From a virus, in IMG/VR virus record IMGVR_UViG_3300046167_000815, positions 1 through 64,000 of that record: DNA of 64,000 nt; one strand, given 5' to 3'. A model generated the notes under the pieces. It was not told the origin of the DNA. It searched no databases and worked only from the letters and a program-made list of their open reading frames with translations. Shown piece after piece: positions 11,220-20,898 of this stretch. The translations under genes and the position numbers were made by a program. Each line of letters starts with the position of its first letter. Positions within the stretch are counted from its first letter, which is position 1.

Positions 11220-11837
11220 ATGGCTCTTGTACCTAAAATCAATATCTGTATTCAAAGTAAATGTGATAAAATTGATGTCTACGAAGAGACAGGCCCTTAT
11301 AGTTTAACTAACAACCTTGAAGGTTGGAAATCTTCTTCAGCACTTCCTGGAAATATAGACACTTCAGAAATAACTACTGCTGATCTTAAAATTTACGATC
11401 ACTTACAAAATAACCTTTACACTACAATAGTTTTAAAAGACGCTGTATCAATTGATGTATATTCTGGCGTAACAGGCGCTCCTGCTCCTGGTAGCTTTTT
11501 AGCTGTAAAAAACTCTGCATGGACACAACCAGATGGAGTATATAAATTAGTATACACTATTGTTTCGGCAGCAGGATCGTTTACTAATGAAACTCAATAT
11601 TCTTTACTAATTTGTAATATTAAAAATTGCTTAAACGGACTTAAAGCAAAAGCAGTTACAGAATGTAGTACTGAAAAATTATCTGATATAAAAGATAATA
11701 TAAACCAATTAGAAGTATTAATTTACGGAATAGAATCAGCTTTTTCCTGTAACGACATGACTACTGCTATAAATCTTATTGCTAATGCTAAAACCATTTG
11801 TGATAATTTATGCGACTGTGGTTGTTCAGGATGTTAA
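11220..11837 (+). CDS. Tail hub/fibre-attachment structural protein with Cys-rich C-terminus
   Basis: PDGVYKLVY motif; ends CDNLCDCGCSGC; sits before the fibre genes. Confidence 0.55.
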   Translation: MALVPKINICIQSKCDKIDVYEETGPYSLTNNLEGWKSSSALPGNIDTSEITTADLKIYDHLQNNLYTTIVLKDAVSIDVYSGVTGAPAPGSFLAVKNSAWTQPDGVYKLVYTIVSAAGSFTNETQYSLLICNIKNCLNGLKAKAVTECSTEKLSDIKDNINQLEVLIYGIESAFSCNDMTTAINLIANAKTICDNLCDCGCSGC

Positions 11838-11849
11838 AAAAATAATATT

Positions 11850-12932
11850 ATGAGTAATTGTTCAAATTGTGAATCTATCACATTGTTTAAAGGATCTGAC
11901 GGTAGAACTATATATAATGGTTCTGGAGCTCCTACATTAAATACAGCTAACGTTGGAGACTTCTACATAGATACTACTTCTTGGTTAATCTACGGACCTT
12001 ACACAGGAACTTCTTGGGGAGCAGGAACTTCTTTAGTAGGAGCTTCTGGAACAAACGGTTTGCCAGGTGCAACTGGACCACAAGGAGTTTATGGAGGATT
12101 CTCGTCAGAATGGGATTTTGATTCTAACACAGGTTCTGGAACAGGTTCTGGAGAATTTAGATTTGACAATGCTAGTCCAGGTTCTGCTACTTCTTTATAC
12201 GTTAATAAAATTAATGTAGATACTACAGACCTTACAGCTTTTTTAACTTCTTGGCAAAACTCAGGAAATTTTGGATTAGTACGTATCAGTAAAATAAATG
12301 ATTCTAATGTTTTCTGGATGGGAAGCATAGACGATATAGCAATAGGCGCTACAGAAATAGTTTACCCTGTAACTAGTATTTTGTCTAACGGAACTTTTGC
12401 AGATGGAGATAACTATGTAGTTTCTTTTGTAAGAACAGGAGACGCAGGTCCTACAGGAGGAGCAGTTAATATAATGGGAGCATACAATAACGCTACAGGT
12501 TTTGGTAGCCCTGCTACTGGAGAAACTACTGCACTATCAGTTCCTTTATATGCTAATGAGTTATCAGATAACGGAGACGAACTAGAAATAGATATTTTCT
12601 TAACTTACGCTAGTAATGATCCTGTAGATTTAATTTTAAGAATAGGAACAGGACAAGAACTACAATATAGATTAGTAAACTCTGATAATGATACTAGAAT
12701 TATCAAAGCAAAAATGGCTCGTATAGATGCTACTAATCAACTTTGGACATTAAGTTCTATAGGGAAAACAGAATTTTCTGTAACTTCTGTACAAGAAATA
12801 ACATCAGGAACTTCTACTTATAATTTAGCAACACCTGCTACATTTACAATATCTCTTAATAATCCTGGAGGAGCAGCAGTAGCTAATGCAGTAAGAATTA
12901 AAAAAGCAGTTGTATATAAAAATAAAATATAA
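11850..12932 (+). CDS. Fibre protein with collagen-like segment
   Basis: GSGAP....GDFYIDT....YGP motif and Gly-X-Y repeats (GASGTNGLPGATGPQG). Confidence 0.7.
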   Translation: MSNCSNCESITLFKGSDGRTIYNGSGAPTLNTANVGDFYIDTTSWLIYGPYTGTSWGAGTSLVGASGTNGLPGATGPQGVYGGFSSEWDFDSNTGSGTGSGEFRFDNASPGSATSLYVNKINVDTTDLTAFLTSWQNSGNFGLVRISKINDSNVFWMGSIDDIAIGATEIVYPVTSILSNGTFADGDNYVVSFVRTGDAGPTGGAVNIMGAYNNATGFGSPATGETTALSVPLYANELSDNGDELEIDIFLTYASNDPVDLILRIGTGQELQYRLVNSDNDTRIIKAKMARIDATNQLWTLSSIGKTEFSVTSVQEITSGTSTYNLATPATFTISLNNPGGAAVANAVRIKKAVVYKNKI

Positions 12933-13287
12933 TGCATACTAACGAACTTACATTTAACGAATTATCAGCTAGCGATTTTCTTCCAAATGATTGGGGGCAC
13001 ATCGACCTTTCTGGTTATTCTTATTTAGAAGACGAAGAAGTCTGCTTTAAATTAGCAGTATGGTCTTTACAATGTAAGTTTGCAAAGTTGACTCAAAATT
13101 ATTTTTATCAAATAGAATACGGCATAGATACTACTTGTACTTTAAACGGCCTTATAGATTATAAAAGAGGACTAGAGGTTTTAAATGCTTATAATCCTAG
13201 AGATATAGAAAATAATACTCTTGTACATAATTCTATCTCTATCAAAAAATTTTAAAAGTGTTACAAGCACTACATAAAAAATATTAA
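12932..13287 (+). CDS. Small structural (hub-like) protein, frameshifted near 13240
   Basis: ORF 12932-13255 continues QKILKVLQALHKKY* in another frame, ending at 13287 just before the next ATG. Confidence 0.5.
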
Positions 13288-13292
13288 AAGAA

Positions 13293-14117
13293 ATGGCAAA
13301 GCAGATTTATAAATCAGGTAATTATGTAATAGTAGATAACACTCCAGGAGATTATCAGTTTTCTACAAATTATTCTTACTTTATAGAAGAATACAATAAT
13401 TTTATAATTATTGACAAAGTAAATAGAGTTACTATTCCTATTTCAGATGCTGCTAATTATACTGACGATTCTGCTGTAGCTTATACAGAAAGTACTTTAA
13501 GAGATTTTTTAATTACTAATACATCTTCTCTTTCTAGTTCTGGAAGTGGCGGTGGTGGTGGTTCTACTCCAATAGGCGCAACTTTAATGAAAACGAACCA
13601 AACAGTAGTTCTGAGGACTGGTGATGACGGCGACATACAAGCGGGTAGAGAAACGGACTTTTTTACTTTGGCATCTGAAAATCCTTTTGGAACAACTGAT
13701 AGATTCACGGATGAATTAGGCGGTCAAACCTACACAAACAACATTGTTATTGATTGGTCAACTTATAACGGAACGGATGTTCTAGGATATTCAAGACTTT
13801 TTCAACAAGGAATATGGAATGATGCGATAGACAATGCTTTGGCTTATTCAGTAGGAACTTACACAAGTGGGTGGAGGGTATCAAATATAAAAGAAATGAT
13901 GAACATTGCTAATTATGGCACGGCAAACACTTTGAACTATTCACCATTTAATTTTTCAAGCTCTCTTATTTACAGTTCTACGGGCGCACCAAATAACGTA
14001 AATAACGTCATAATGTTTAGAAATCTGGACGGAGAAATTCAGGATTTCTCAAAAACCTTATCATGGCCATACATTCCCGTTAGAAACTTCACAGTAACAG
14101 GAACTACATTAACATAA
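13293..14117 (+). CDS. Fibre/receptor-binding protein with DUF1566 (Lcl C-terminal, C-type-lectin-like) domain
   Basis: WNDAID.A....GTYTSGWRVSNIKEMMNI resembles the DUF1566 W..A...GY.DWRLP...EL signature; Ser/Gly linker separates it from an N-terminal anchor shared with 14406. Confidence 0.65.
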   Translation: MAKQIYKSGNYVIVDNTPGDYQFSTNYSYFIEEYNNFIIIDKVNRVTIPISDAANYTDDSAVAYTESTLRDFLITNTSSLSSSGSGGGGGSTPIGATLMKTNQTVVLRTGDDGDIQAGRETDFFTLASENPFGTTDRFTDELGGQTYTNNIVIDWSTYNGTDVLGYSRLFQQGIWNDAIDNALAYSVGTYTSGWRVSNIKEMMNIANYGTANTLNYSPFNFSSSLIYSSTGAPNNVNNVIMFRNLDGEIQDFSKTLSWPYIPVRNFTVTGTTLT

Positions 14118-14135
14118 TTTAAAAAAAAATAAAAA

Positions 14136-14384
14136 ATGGCAACATACAAATTCCCACAATTTAACTCTGAAATAGTTGATCCAACTGTTACTGTTAATGA
14201 TGCTGATATTAAAATTAATGTTCCTAATATGAGTATATCATTATCAGTAACTCTTGAAACTGATAACAGTAAACTTTACGGAGTAGAGTTATCCGATATT
14301 CCTGCTGATAATCTTAATTATGAAGGAGAGTCAAATTTAATGTCTAAAGCAATGGAAGCATTAGAACAATACGAAGTAAAATAA
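14136..14384 (+). CDS. Small acidic protein, putative fibre partner/chaperone
   Basis: 82-aa ORF directly after a fibre gene, with an A-rich initiation region. Confidence 0.55.
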   Translation: MATYKFPQFNSEIVDPTVTVNDADIKINVPNMSISLSVTLETDNSKLYGVELSDIPADNLNYEGESNLMSKAMEALEQYEVK

Positions 14385-14405
14385 TAATACATAAAGTCAC
14401 AAATA

Positions 14406-15371
14406 ATGAAACAAATATATAAATCTGGAAATTATTTAATAGTAATTAATACTGCTAATAGTTTGCAGTTTCCTCTGTCTTCTATATATAGAGAGCAGTA
14501 TAATAATTTTATTATTACTGACGAAATTGGAGAAAGAGAAATTATAATACCTATTTCTGAATCTGCTACATATACAGATAATGATGGAGTATCTTACACT
14601 GAATCTACTTTAAGAGATTTCTTAAAAACAGAAACAGGTCTTAGAGCTGCATCGGGCGGTAGCGGAGCAGCATGGGGTGGTATCACGGGAACTTTGTCCG
14701 ATCAAACAGATTTGCAAAGTGAACTTGATAACAAACAAGACACCTTAGTAAGTGCAACAAACATCAAAACAATCAACGGAACTTCGGTTTTAGGAAGTGG
14801 TGATTTAGCCGTTGGAGGAAGTGGTGCGCCCGCAACACACGTTTTGACAGAACCAAGAACGGGTTTTTTCTATTCTGTGTCTTTCGGTTTTGCATCAAAT
14901 TTAACCACAATTGGAAGCGGTCAATTAATGTTGTCGGCATTTACACCAGGCTATGATTTAGAAATTGATGCGATTAGTTTTATTCAAGTTTCAACCGCAC
15001 TTGCGGGAGGGCTTTTAAAAGTAGTTATATATTCGGATGCTAACGGTCAACCAAACACAAAGCTATTTGAAAGCGCAACTGTTTCAGCAGATACAACGGG
15101 TAACAAACTTTTAACGGGATTAAGTTTTACATTTAACGCAAACGAAACTTATTGGATTTCTACGGTTTCAAATGGTAATATTGGATTAAGGGCTTACAAT
15201 AATAATCAAGACGTATTATTTCCAATTATTGCACACTCACAAAGCACTCAAGCGTATTCGGCATATTATTATCCATCTAATTTTAATTCGTTACCAACAA
15301 CAATGCCCAATTTACCAAGTAACTATTTTACAAACAATAGAATCCCGTGTATAACATTTAGAAAATCTTAA
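14406..15371 (+). CDS. Fibre protein
   Basis: N-terminus paralogous to 13293 (KQIYKSGNY...YTESTLRDFL); fibre shaft motif WGGITGTLSDQTDLQ..LDNKQDTLVSATNIKTING.SVLGSGDL; beta-rich C-terminal head. Confidence 0.75.
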   Translation: MKQIYKSGNYLIVINTANSLQFPLSSIYREQYNNFIITDEIGEREIIIPISESATYTDNDGVSYTESTLRDFLKTETGLRAASGGSGAAWGGITGTLSDQTDLQSELDNKQDTLVSATNIKTINGTSVLGSGDLAVGGSGAPATHVLTEPRTGFFYSVSFGFASNLTTIGSGQLMLSAFTPGYDLEIDAISFIQVSTALAGGLLKVVIYSDANGQPNTKLFESATVSADTTGNKLLTGLSFTFNANETYWISTVSNGNIGLRAYNNNQDVLFPIIAHSQSTQAYSAYYYPSNFNSLPTTMPNLPSNYFTNNRIPCITFRKS

Positions 15372-15376
15372 AAATT

Positions 15377-15535
15377 ATGGCACAAATTAGACAAGAAATA
15401 TATGACGACAACGGACTTGTCGAAGTGAAATTCATCGAAATAAATGAACCGACACAAGAGGAATTGATAGCAGAAAAAGAAGCGGAACTTTTGAAGATAT
15501 ACGCTGAACTTAACGAATTAAAAGAAACAAATTAA
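15377..15535 (+). CDS. Small coiled-coil fibre-associated protein (52 aa; not in ORF track)
   Basis: MAQIRQEIYDDNGLVEVKFIEINEPTQEELIAEKEAELLKIYAELNELKETN*; paralogue at 16399. Confidence 0.8.
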   Translation: MAQIRQEIYDDNGLVEVKFIEINEPTQEELIAEKEAELLKIYAELNELKETN

Positions 15536-15548
15536 AAATTTAAATAAA

Positions 15549-16388
15549 ATGGGACTTAATGTTTTTAAGAAAAAACCTTCTGAAGCCAGAAGAGAAACTA
15601 AAACAGGAATAGAAATATTTAAAAGTGTTTTAGATAAAAAATTATATTACAGAGACGTAAATAATAAATCAGTTCCTGTATCAGAAGAAACTACTATTAC
15701 TACAGACGCTTCTTTATCAGGTGACGGTACTGCTTCAGATCCTTTATCTGTTGAAGGAAAACAAGATACTTTAGTAAGCGGAACTAATATTAAAACTCTT
15801 AACGGAGCTTCTGTATTAGGCAACGGAGATCTAACCGTTGGTGGCGGCTCAGGTTTTCATGTACAATTGTTACCTGGAGGATCTATTTATGGCGGTATTT
15901 ATCAAGCAAATGTAACCGCAGCGGGTTCAAATTATAATAATGCGACTTCCGCAAATCAAATATATTACTTTCCTTTTATACCAAATCATACTTTTACAAG
16001 CACTGAACTTCGAATTAATTGTGGTTTAGCTGCTGCGGGAAGTGAGGCAAGGCTTTGTATTTATTCTCATGATGGACTTAATGCACCACAAGATTTATTA
16101 TTTGAAAGTACAAACCTTGATTTATCTACTACTGGTTATAAAACTGTAAACGTTACAAGAAATTGGACAAAAGGACAAGTGTATTGGTTTGCAGTTCATA
16201 TGAAAGATAATTCTACAAGAATTATTGGAATGGGAAACAATATTTCTGATTCACTTATTATTGGAGTTTTAAATAGTAATAGAATTAAAAGTTGGACTCA
16301 AAGTGGACAAACTTTTGCAAATGGTGCTCCAGCAACCGCCAATCCTAATGGATTTAGATATGACGCATTTTTAGTAGAATTTAAGTAA
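15549..16388 (+). CDS. Fibre protein
   Basis: LSGDGT.SDPL and KQDTLVSGTNIKTLNGASVLGNGDL motifs; C-terminal head homologous to that of 14406 (IYS..G..P...LFES......TTG.K, YW). Confidence 0.75.
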   Translation: MGLNVFKKKPSEARRETKTGIEIFKSVLDKKLYYRDVNNKSVPVSEETTITTDASLSGDGTASDPLSVEGKQDTLVSGTNIKTLNGASVLGNGDLTVGGGSGFHVQLLPGGSIYGGIYQANVTAAGSNYNNATSANQIYYFPFIPNHTFTSTELRINCGLAAAGSEARLCIYSHDGLNAPQDLLFESTNLDLSTTGYKTVNVTRNWTKGQVYWFAVHMKDNSTRIIGMGNNISDSLIIGVLNSNRIKSWTQSGQTFANGAPATANPNGFRYDAFLVEFK

Positions 16389-16398
16389 ATAAAAAATT

Positions 16399-16566
16399 AT
16401 GGCACAAATTAGAGAAGAAGTTTACAACGAAGATGGATTAGTAGAAGTTAAATTTCATGAAATTGAAAATGAATTAACTGCAGAAGACATTATTGCTCAA
16501 AAAGAAGCAGAACTTCTGGCTATGTATACAGAGCTTGAGGCTTTGAAAGAAGCTAACAAAGAATAA
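16399..16566 (+). CDS. Small coiled-coil fibre-associated protein (55 aa; not in ORF track)
   Basis: MAQIREEVYNEDGLVEVKFHEIENELTAEDIIAQKEAELLAMYTELEALKEANKE*; paralogue of 15377. Confidence 0.8.
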   Translation: MAQIREEVYNEDGLVEVKFHEIENELTAEDIIAQKEAELLAMYTELEALKEANKE

Positions 16567-16573
16567 GAATATT

Positions 16574-16608
16574 AATTTAGCAGGAGCATTTGTTTCTGCT
16601 AAATTTTT
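16574..16608 (+). terminator. Stem-loop / probable terminator after the fibre cluster
   Basis: AATTTAGCAG...CTGCTAAATT inverted repeat followed by TTT. Confidence 0.55.
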
Positions 16609-16619
16609 ACACTATAACT

Positions 16620-17162
16620 ATGATAAAATTATTTAAATACACGGCTATATCTAACGGATACGACAGTGTACAGCATATGAAAGAAAGTTTATTTCACCCA
16701 GAAAGTTTTTCTTGGGCAGCACCTTTAGCAGGTGTATTAGGAACAGTGTCGGTAATATTTGAACAAATTTTTGGAATTCATATTGTAGTATTTTTAGTAC
16801 TATGTATTTTATTTTTTTTGGAATTATATACAGGCATAAAAGCGTCTAGAAAAGAAGGCAAAGGATTTAGGTCTTCTAAGTTTCAAAAAGGATGGTTTAA
16901 ATTAGGAGTATATGCGGTTATGATAGGGTCAATGAATATTTGCGCTATCTATATACCTAACAAACCTATATTCGGAATAAATATAAATATTTACGGATAT
17001 TTACATTACGTATTTTATAATTACGTATTGATTGCTCTATTTATATCTAACGTAGAAAATTTTGTAAGACTAGGATGGAATATGAACGGCTTTATTCCAT
17101 TAATAGCTAAAAGACTAAATTTAGAAGTTGTTGAAAAAGAAAAAGACAAAGACTCTAAATAA
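16620..17162 (+). CDS. Holin (phage holin 4-like)
   Basis: Several hydrophobic helices, ELYTGIKAS..EGKGFRSSKF.KG..K, ISNVENF..LG, charged C-terminus; ATG 16620 preferred over the TTG at 16590, which lies inside a hairpin. Confidence 0.75.
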   Translation: MIKLFKYTAISNGYDSVQHMKESLFHPESFSWAAPLAGVLGTVSVIFEQIFGIHIVVFLVLCILFFLELYTGIKASRKEGKGFRSSKFQKGWFKLGVYAVMIGSMNICAIYIPNKPIFGININIYGYLHYVFYNYVLIALFISNVENFVRLGWNMNGFIPLIAKRLNLEVVEKEKDKDSK

Positions 17163-17171
17163 CTGTGGGCA

Positions 17172-17549
17172 TTGAAAAATTTTATAGAAAAGACAAGTAC
17201 TTGGGCAGGTAATATTAGCAGTATTAGTAAGTTACTAATAGGCTTGTTTTTTTTAATTTTTACAATCGGAACAGAGTGGTATCAAATACAAGTAAATCTA
17301 AAAACTAATATTAAACAAGAAGAAGATATAAAAGATTCTAAATCTTATGCAGAAAAAATATTTAATGAGTTATCTCAAAACATTAAAAAAGAAAATAAAC
17401 TGCAACAAGAAAAATTTAATGAAACAAATAAACGTTTTATAGAAAATTTAAAAGAGTTTAATAAGTATAAAGAAACACAAGAAAACAAATTATTACAGTC
17501 TAGAGAAAGAATATCTTTTTTAGAAGGAAGATTACACAGTATAAAATAA
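17172..17549 (+). CDS. Membrane-anchored coiled-coil protein (lysis cassette)
   Basis: One N-terminal TM helix followed by a coiled coil ending RISFLEG; TTG start uncertain. Confidence 0.55.
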   Translation: MKNFIEKTSTWAGNISSISKLLIGLFFLIFTIGTEWYQIQVNLKTNIKQEEDIKDSKSYAEKIFNELSQNIKKENKLQQEKFNETNKRFIENLKEFNKYKETQENKLLQSRERISFLEGRLHSIK

Positions 17550-17555
17550 TTAGTT

Positions 17556-17856
17556 ATGAAGTTACCTAAAACATTTATTGGTTGGACAAGTATAAAATGG
17601 TTTATAAGAGAAATTATAAAACTATATTCTGACGAACCGTCTTACTTTTTCTAAAAAAAGAATAGAATCAGGAGTTGCTTTTATCATTGCTCAAATAGGT
17701 ATGGTTTTCTTTTTAATTAAAAAAATAGACACTCTAGATGTATATGAATTTGTTATGTGGGCTAGTGTAGAATTCTTAGTTGCTGGATATACTATTAATA
17801 AAATACAAAGAGAAAAAAGGCTATCGTCTATTAAGAGAATGACGAATAAAAAATAG
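17556..17856 (+). CDS. Two-TM holin-like membrane protein, frameshifted at ~17650 (not in ORF track)
   Basis: Removing one T from the run at 17646-17650 gives MKLPKTFIGW...SYFSKKRIESGVAFIIAQIGMVFFL...FVMWASVEFLVAGYTINKIQREK..*; fills the intergenic gap exactly. Confidence 0.6.
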
Positions 17857-17874
17857 AATTTGTATATTTACAGC

Positions 17875-18540
17875 ATGTTTACACTTTTAAATAAGTTTAG
17901 TAACTACATATTTATAGCAATAATTATATTAATTTGCTTTTTATATTTTAAAGGATGCGTTCAACATAACGCTGATAAATCTCGTATCGAAAAGCTTTTA
18001 GAATACAAACACACTGTAAAAAATTATACTACTAAAAAAGGAACGGTTGTTAACTATAACAACTCGCTGGCAGTGTCTCCTGAGGATTTGAAGATCGTTC
18101 AGGACACTCTGCTGACGTACATAGAAAACTTAGAACTAAAACTAAAAAACGTCAAGTCTACTACTATTATTACTGAACGTATACAAATAGACTCAGTAGA
18201 AGTTCCTGTATATCTTACAGATTGTGATTTTGATACTACTATTAATGTTACAAAACCTTTTTACGACTTTAACATTACAATGACTAATACTGGGTTAACT
18301 TTTAATTCTTTAAAGTTTCCCTAATCGTTTAGGAGTAACTTTAACAGATAAAAAAGAAAAATGGTATAAACCTAAAAATTCTATTGTAGTTGTTACTAAC
18401 AGTAATCCGTATATGAAAACAGACGGTATATCCACCTTATACTTTTAAAAAACAAAAAAAAGTGGTATAACAGACAAATAACTTCTTTAACAGCAGGAAT
18501 TTTATTAGGAGCATTTATGTCATATCAAATAACAAAATAG
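17875..18540 (+). CDS. Spanin-like envelope protein (frameshifts near 18320, 18437, 18460)
   Basis: N-terminal hydrophobic segment ending FKGC, coiled/beta middle, continues ...VVVTNSNPYMK...KKWYNR...AGILLGAFMSYQITK* with a C-terminal hydrophobic helix. Confidence 0.55.
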
Positions 18541-18568
18541 TTTTGTTATATAATTAAGGAGAAAAGTT

Positions 18569-19376
18569 ATGAAGAGACACAGATTATTTTACGACATCGA
18601 AACATCATTTTGTAAAGGGCACTTTTGGAGACCTGGTTATAATCAAAGAATTGGTCCTGAACAAATTACAGACTACGCTAAAATTATTTCTGCACATTGG
18701 AAATGGGAAGGTGAAGAAGAAGAAGTGCACCATGCTCATTGGGGTCTAGAAAAACAATGTGACAAATCTTTAATAAAAAAACTGATTAAAACAATTTGAG
18801 AAAGCAGATGAAATAGTTACTCATAACGGAAAAAAGTTTGACACTCCTTGGGTAAGAACACGAGCTTTGTATCATGGAATACCTATGAGACCAGATTACA
18901 ATGAAATAGATACATATAAATTAGCAAAGTCTTATCTTAATTTGCCTAGTTTTAGTCTTAAAGAAATTTGTAAATATTATAATCTAGAAGCAAAAAAAGA
19001 TGCGGGAGGATTAGATACTTGGAAAGACGTAGTATTTAAAAAATGTCCTAAAGCATTTGAGCATTTATTATATTATGGAGACGGAGACATTATTTCTTTA
19101 GAAGCAGTGTTTAATAAATTAAGGCCATATGTTAAACCTAATATGCACTATCATTCAGAACATATTAGTATTTTAGGAATTAAAGCAGTTCCTGGAAAGT
19201 TTTTCTGTCCTGAATGTGGTAAAATAGGAAGACATCGTAAACAGTATAGAACAATGGCAGGAACAATAAGACACTACATGAGCTGCACAGACGACAAATG
19301 CGGAACATCATTTAAACTTAGTCATAAATCATTTGTTGATTTTAATACATATAAAATAGCAAATAACATAACGTAA
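18569..19376 (+). CDS. DnaQ/RNase H-like 3'-5' exonuclease with C-terminal Zn ribbon (frameshift at ~18790)
   Basis: ExoI LFYDIETS, ExoII HNGKKFD (in the bridging frame), IDTYKLAK, ExoIII Y..GDI; CPECG...C....C. Confidence 0.8.
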
Positions 19377-19383
19377 TTTTTAA

Positions 19384-19391
19384 TATATTTG
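19384..19391 (+). promoter_or_regulatory. -7 box TATATTTG, 4 nt before ATG 19396
   Basis: Match to TAnnTTTG in a short intergenic gap. Confidence 0.55.
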
Positions 19392-19395
19392 TATA

Positions 19396-20106
19396 ATGTT
19401 ACCATTAGTAGATTTACATAGTCAGTTAGACGAAGCTTTGAATATTAATAATTCAGATTCAATCTTTAGTACACTGTACTATACAGATTTAATTAATGAA
19501 CAACGATCTTTATATATCAGAAACGAATATAACAGAACAAGAGAAGTAGACCCTAATGTTCAGCAATCATTTTGTGAGGATTTAGAATTAGTAGATCCTA
19601 ACAATTGTCCTTGTGCAAACATACCAGTAGGGTGTAAAATTTTACGTACTAAACGTAAGATTCCTAATACAATAGAATTTCATCACAGCAAAGCTATTAC
19701 GTCTGTCGGTCCTGTAATTATTACAGCAAAAAGATTTAACTTAATAGATTACGATAGAGTTCCTTTTGTAGGACACGGTAGAACTACACATAACACCGTC
19801 TATGCATTTTTATACGATAATTACTTATACGTAATATCTAAAAATCCTGCAAAGCTTCTTTTGAAAAAAGTTACTATTCGTGGAATCTTTGAAGATCCTA
19901 CTGCTATTGCAGAATTTTTAGATTGCAGCGAAAACAATATCTGCTGGTCTCCTGACGATGTTTATCCATTAAATCAATGGATGTGGACATATGTTAAACA
20001 ACAAGTGTTACAGCAACTTTTCCAAAAAAGACAAGTCCCACAAGACGACTCTGGAAATGCACAAGATGATTTAGCAGACGGAACAGCGCCAGTACAATCT
20101 AAATAA
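19396..20106 (+). CDS. Tail ring protein
   Basis: Motifs QR.LYIR, C.DLELVD, LRTKRKIP, YLYV, RGIFEDP and YPL resemble crAss-like ring proteins; position before the IHF-like gene. Confidence 0.7.
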   Translation: MLPLVDLHSQLDEALNINNSDSIFSTLYYTDLINEQRSLYIRNEYNRTREVDPNVQQSFCEDLELVDPNNCPCANIPVGCKILRTKRKIPNTIEFHHSKAITSVGPVIITAKRFNLIDYDRVPFVGHGRTTHNTVYAFLYDNYLYVISKNPAKLLLKKVTIRGIFEDPTAIAEFLDCSENNICWSPDDVYPLNQWMWTYVKQQVLQQLFQKRQVPQDDSGNAQDDLADGTAPVQSK

Positions 20107-20113
20107 CATAATA

Positions 20114-20641
20114 GTGGAACCAATAAGGGGGAAAGGAAAACACAAAGCGGATATAAAAAAATATAATTTTTATAGCCATTATAGGAAGAATACTACTTTC
20201 AGTCGTTTAGACAGAAAAGAATATTCTGCCTTTTTAAAAGATTTGCTTACTACATTTAGTGAAGCTATCGTAAAAGAAAATATGGAATTAAAACTTGGGA
20301 AACTAGGTTTTATTAGAATACAAGCTAAGAAACTTCATTTTTTCGATAAAGAAGGTAATAGAGCCAAGACACTAAGAGTAGATTGGAAGAAGACCCTAGA
20401 TTATTGGAAGGTAAAGTATCCTGGTAAAACAAAAGAAGAACTGAAGAAGATTAAAAACAAACCTGTTTTATATCATGAAAATGATCATACAAAAGGAGAG
20501 TTTTATCAGCATCTTTGGGACAAGCTTACTTCTGTAGTAAAATACAGAGGGCTATATAAGTTTATTCCTTCTCGTCAGTATTCTAGATTAATAGCAGAGG
20601 TAGTAAAAGATCCTCATAGAACAGTATTTTATTACGGGTAA
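20114..20641 (+). CDS. IHF/HU-like basic protein of the crAss tail module
   Basis: Very basic; LGFIRI, VDWKKT..YW, YHENDHT.G, YKFIPSR motifs; conserved position before the tube and muzzle genes. Confidence 0.75.
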   Translation: MEPIRGKGKHKADIKKYNFYSHYRKNTTFSRLDRKEYSAFLKDLLTTFSEAIVKENMELKLGKLGFIRIQAKKLHFFDKEGNRAKTLRVDWKKTLDYWKVKYPGKTKEELKKIKNKPVLYHENDHTKGEFYQHLWDKLTSVVKYRGLYKFIPSRQYSRLIAEVVKDPHRTVFYYG

Positions 20642-20660
20642 AACCAAAATTAAAAAAAAA

Positions 20661-20897
20661 ATGATGGAAAGTAAATCAACAAAGTCTTGGGAAAATTCAG
20701 AAAAATTTGAAGACGGATCAAGTACAAAAGTTTGTGTTAGAGAAGTAGAAAACGGTTTTATTAAAACTGTAACTAAACACTATATGGACGACAAAGGATC
20801 GTGGAAATACGACGATACTGTAACTGTTCATTTTGAAAATCCTATGGAAGAAAAAAGTCTTGCGGATAAATTACAAACCTTTTTAGAAGAGAACTAA
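20661..20897 (+). CDS. Hypothetical protein (78 aa)
   Basis: ORF fills the gap, with an A-rich initiation region; VREVENGFI motif. Confidence 0.6.
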   Translation: MMESKSTKSWENSEKFEDGSSTKVCVREVENGFIKTVTKHYMDDKGSWKYDDTVTVHFENPMEEKSLADKLQTFLEEN

Positions 20898-20898
20898 G

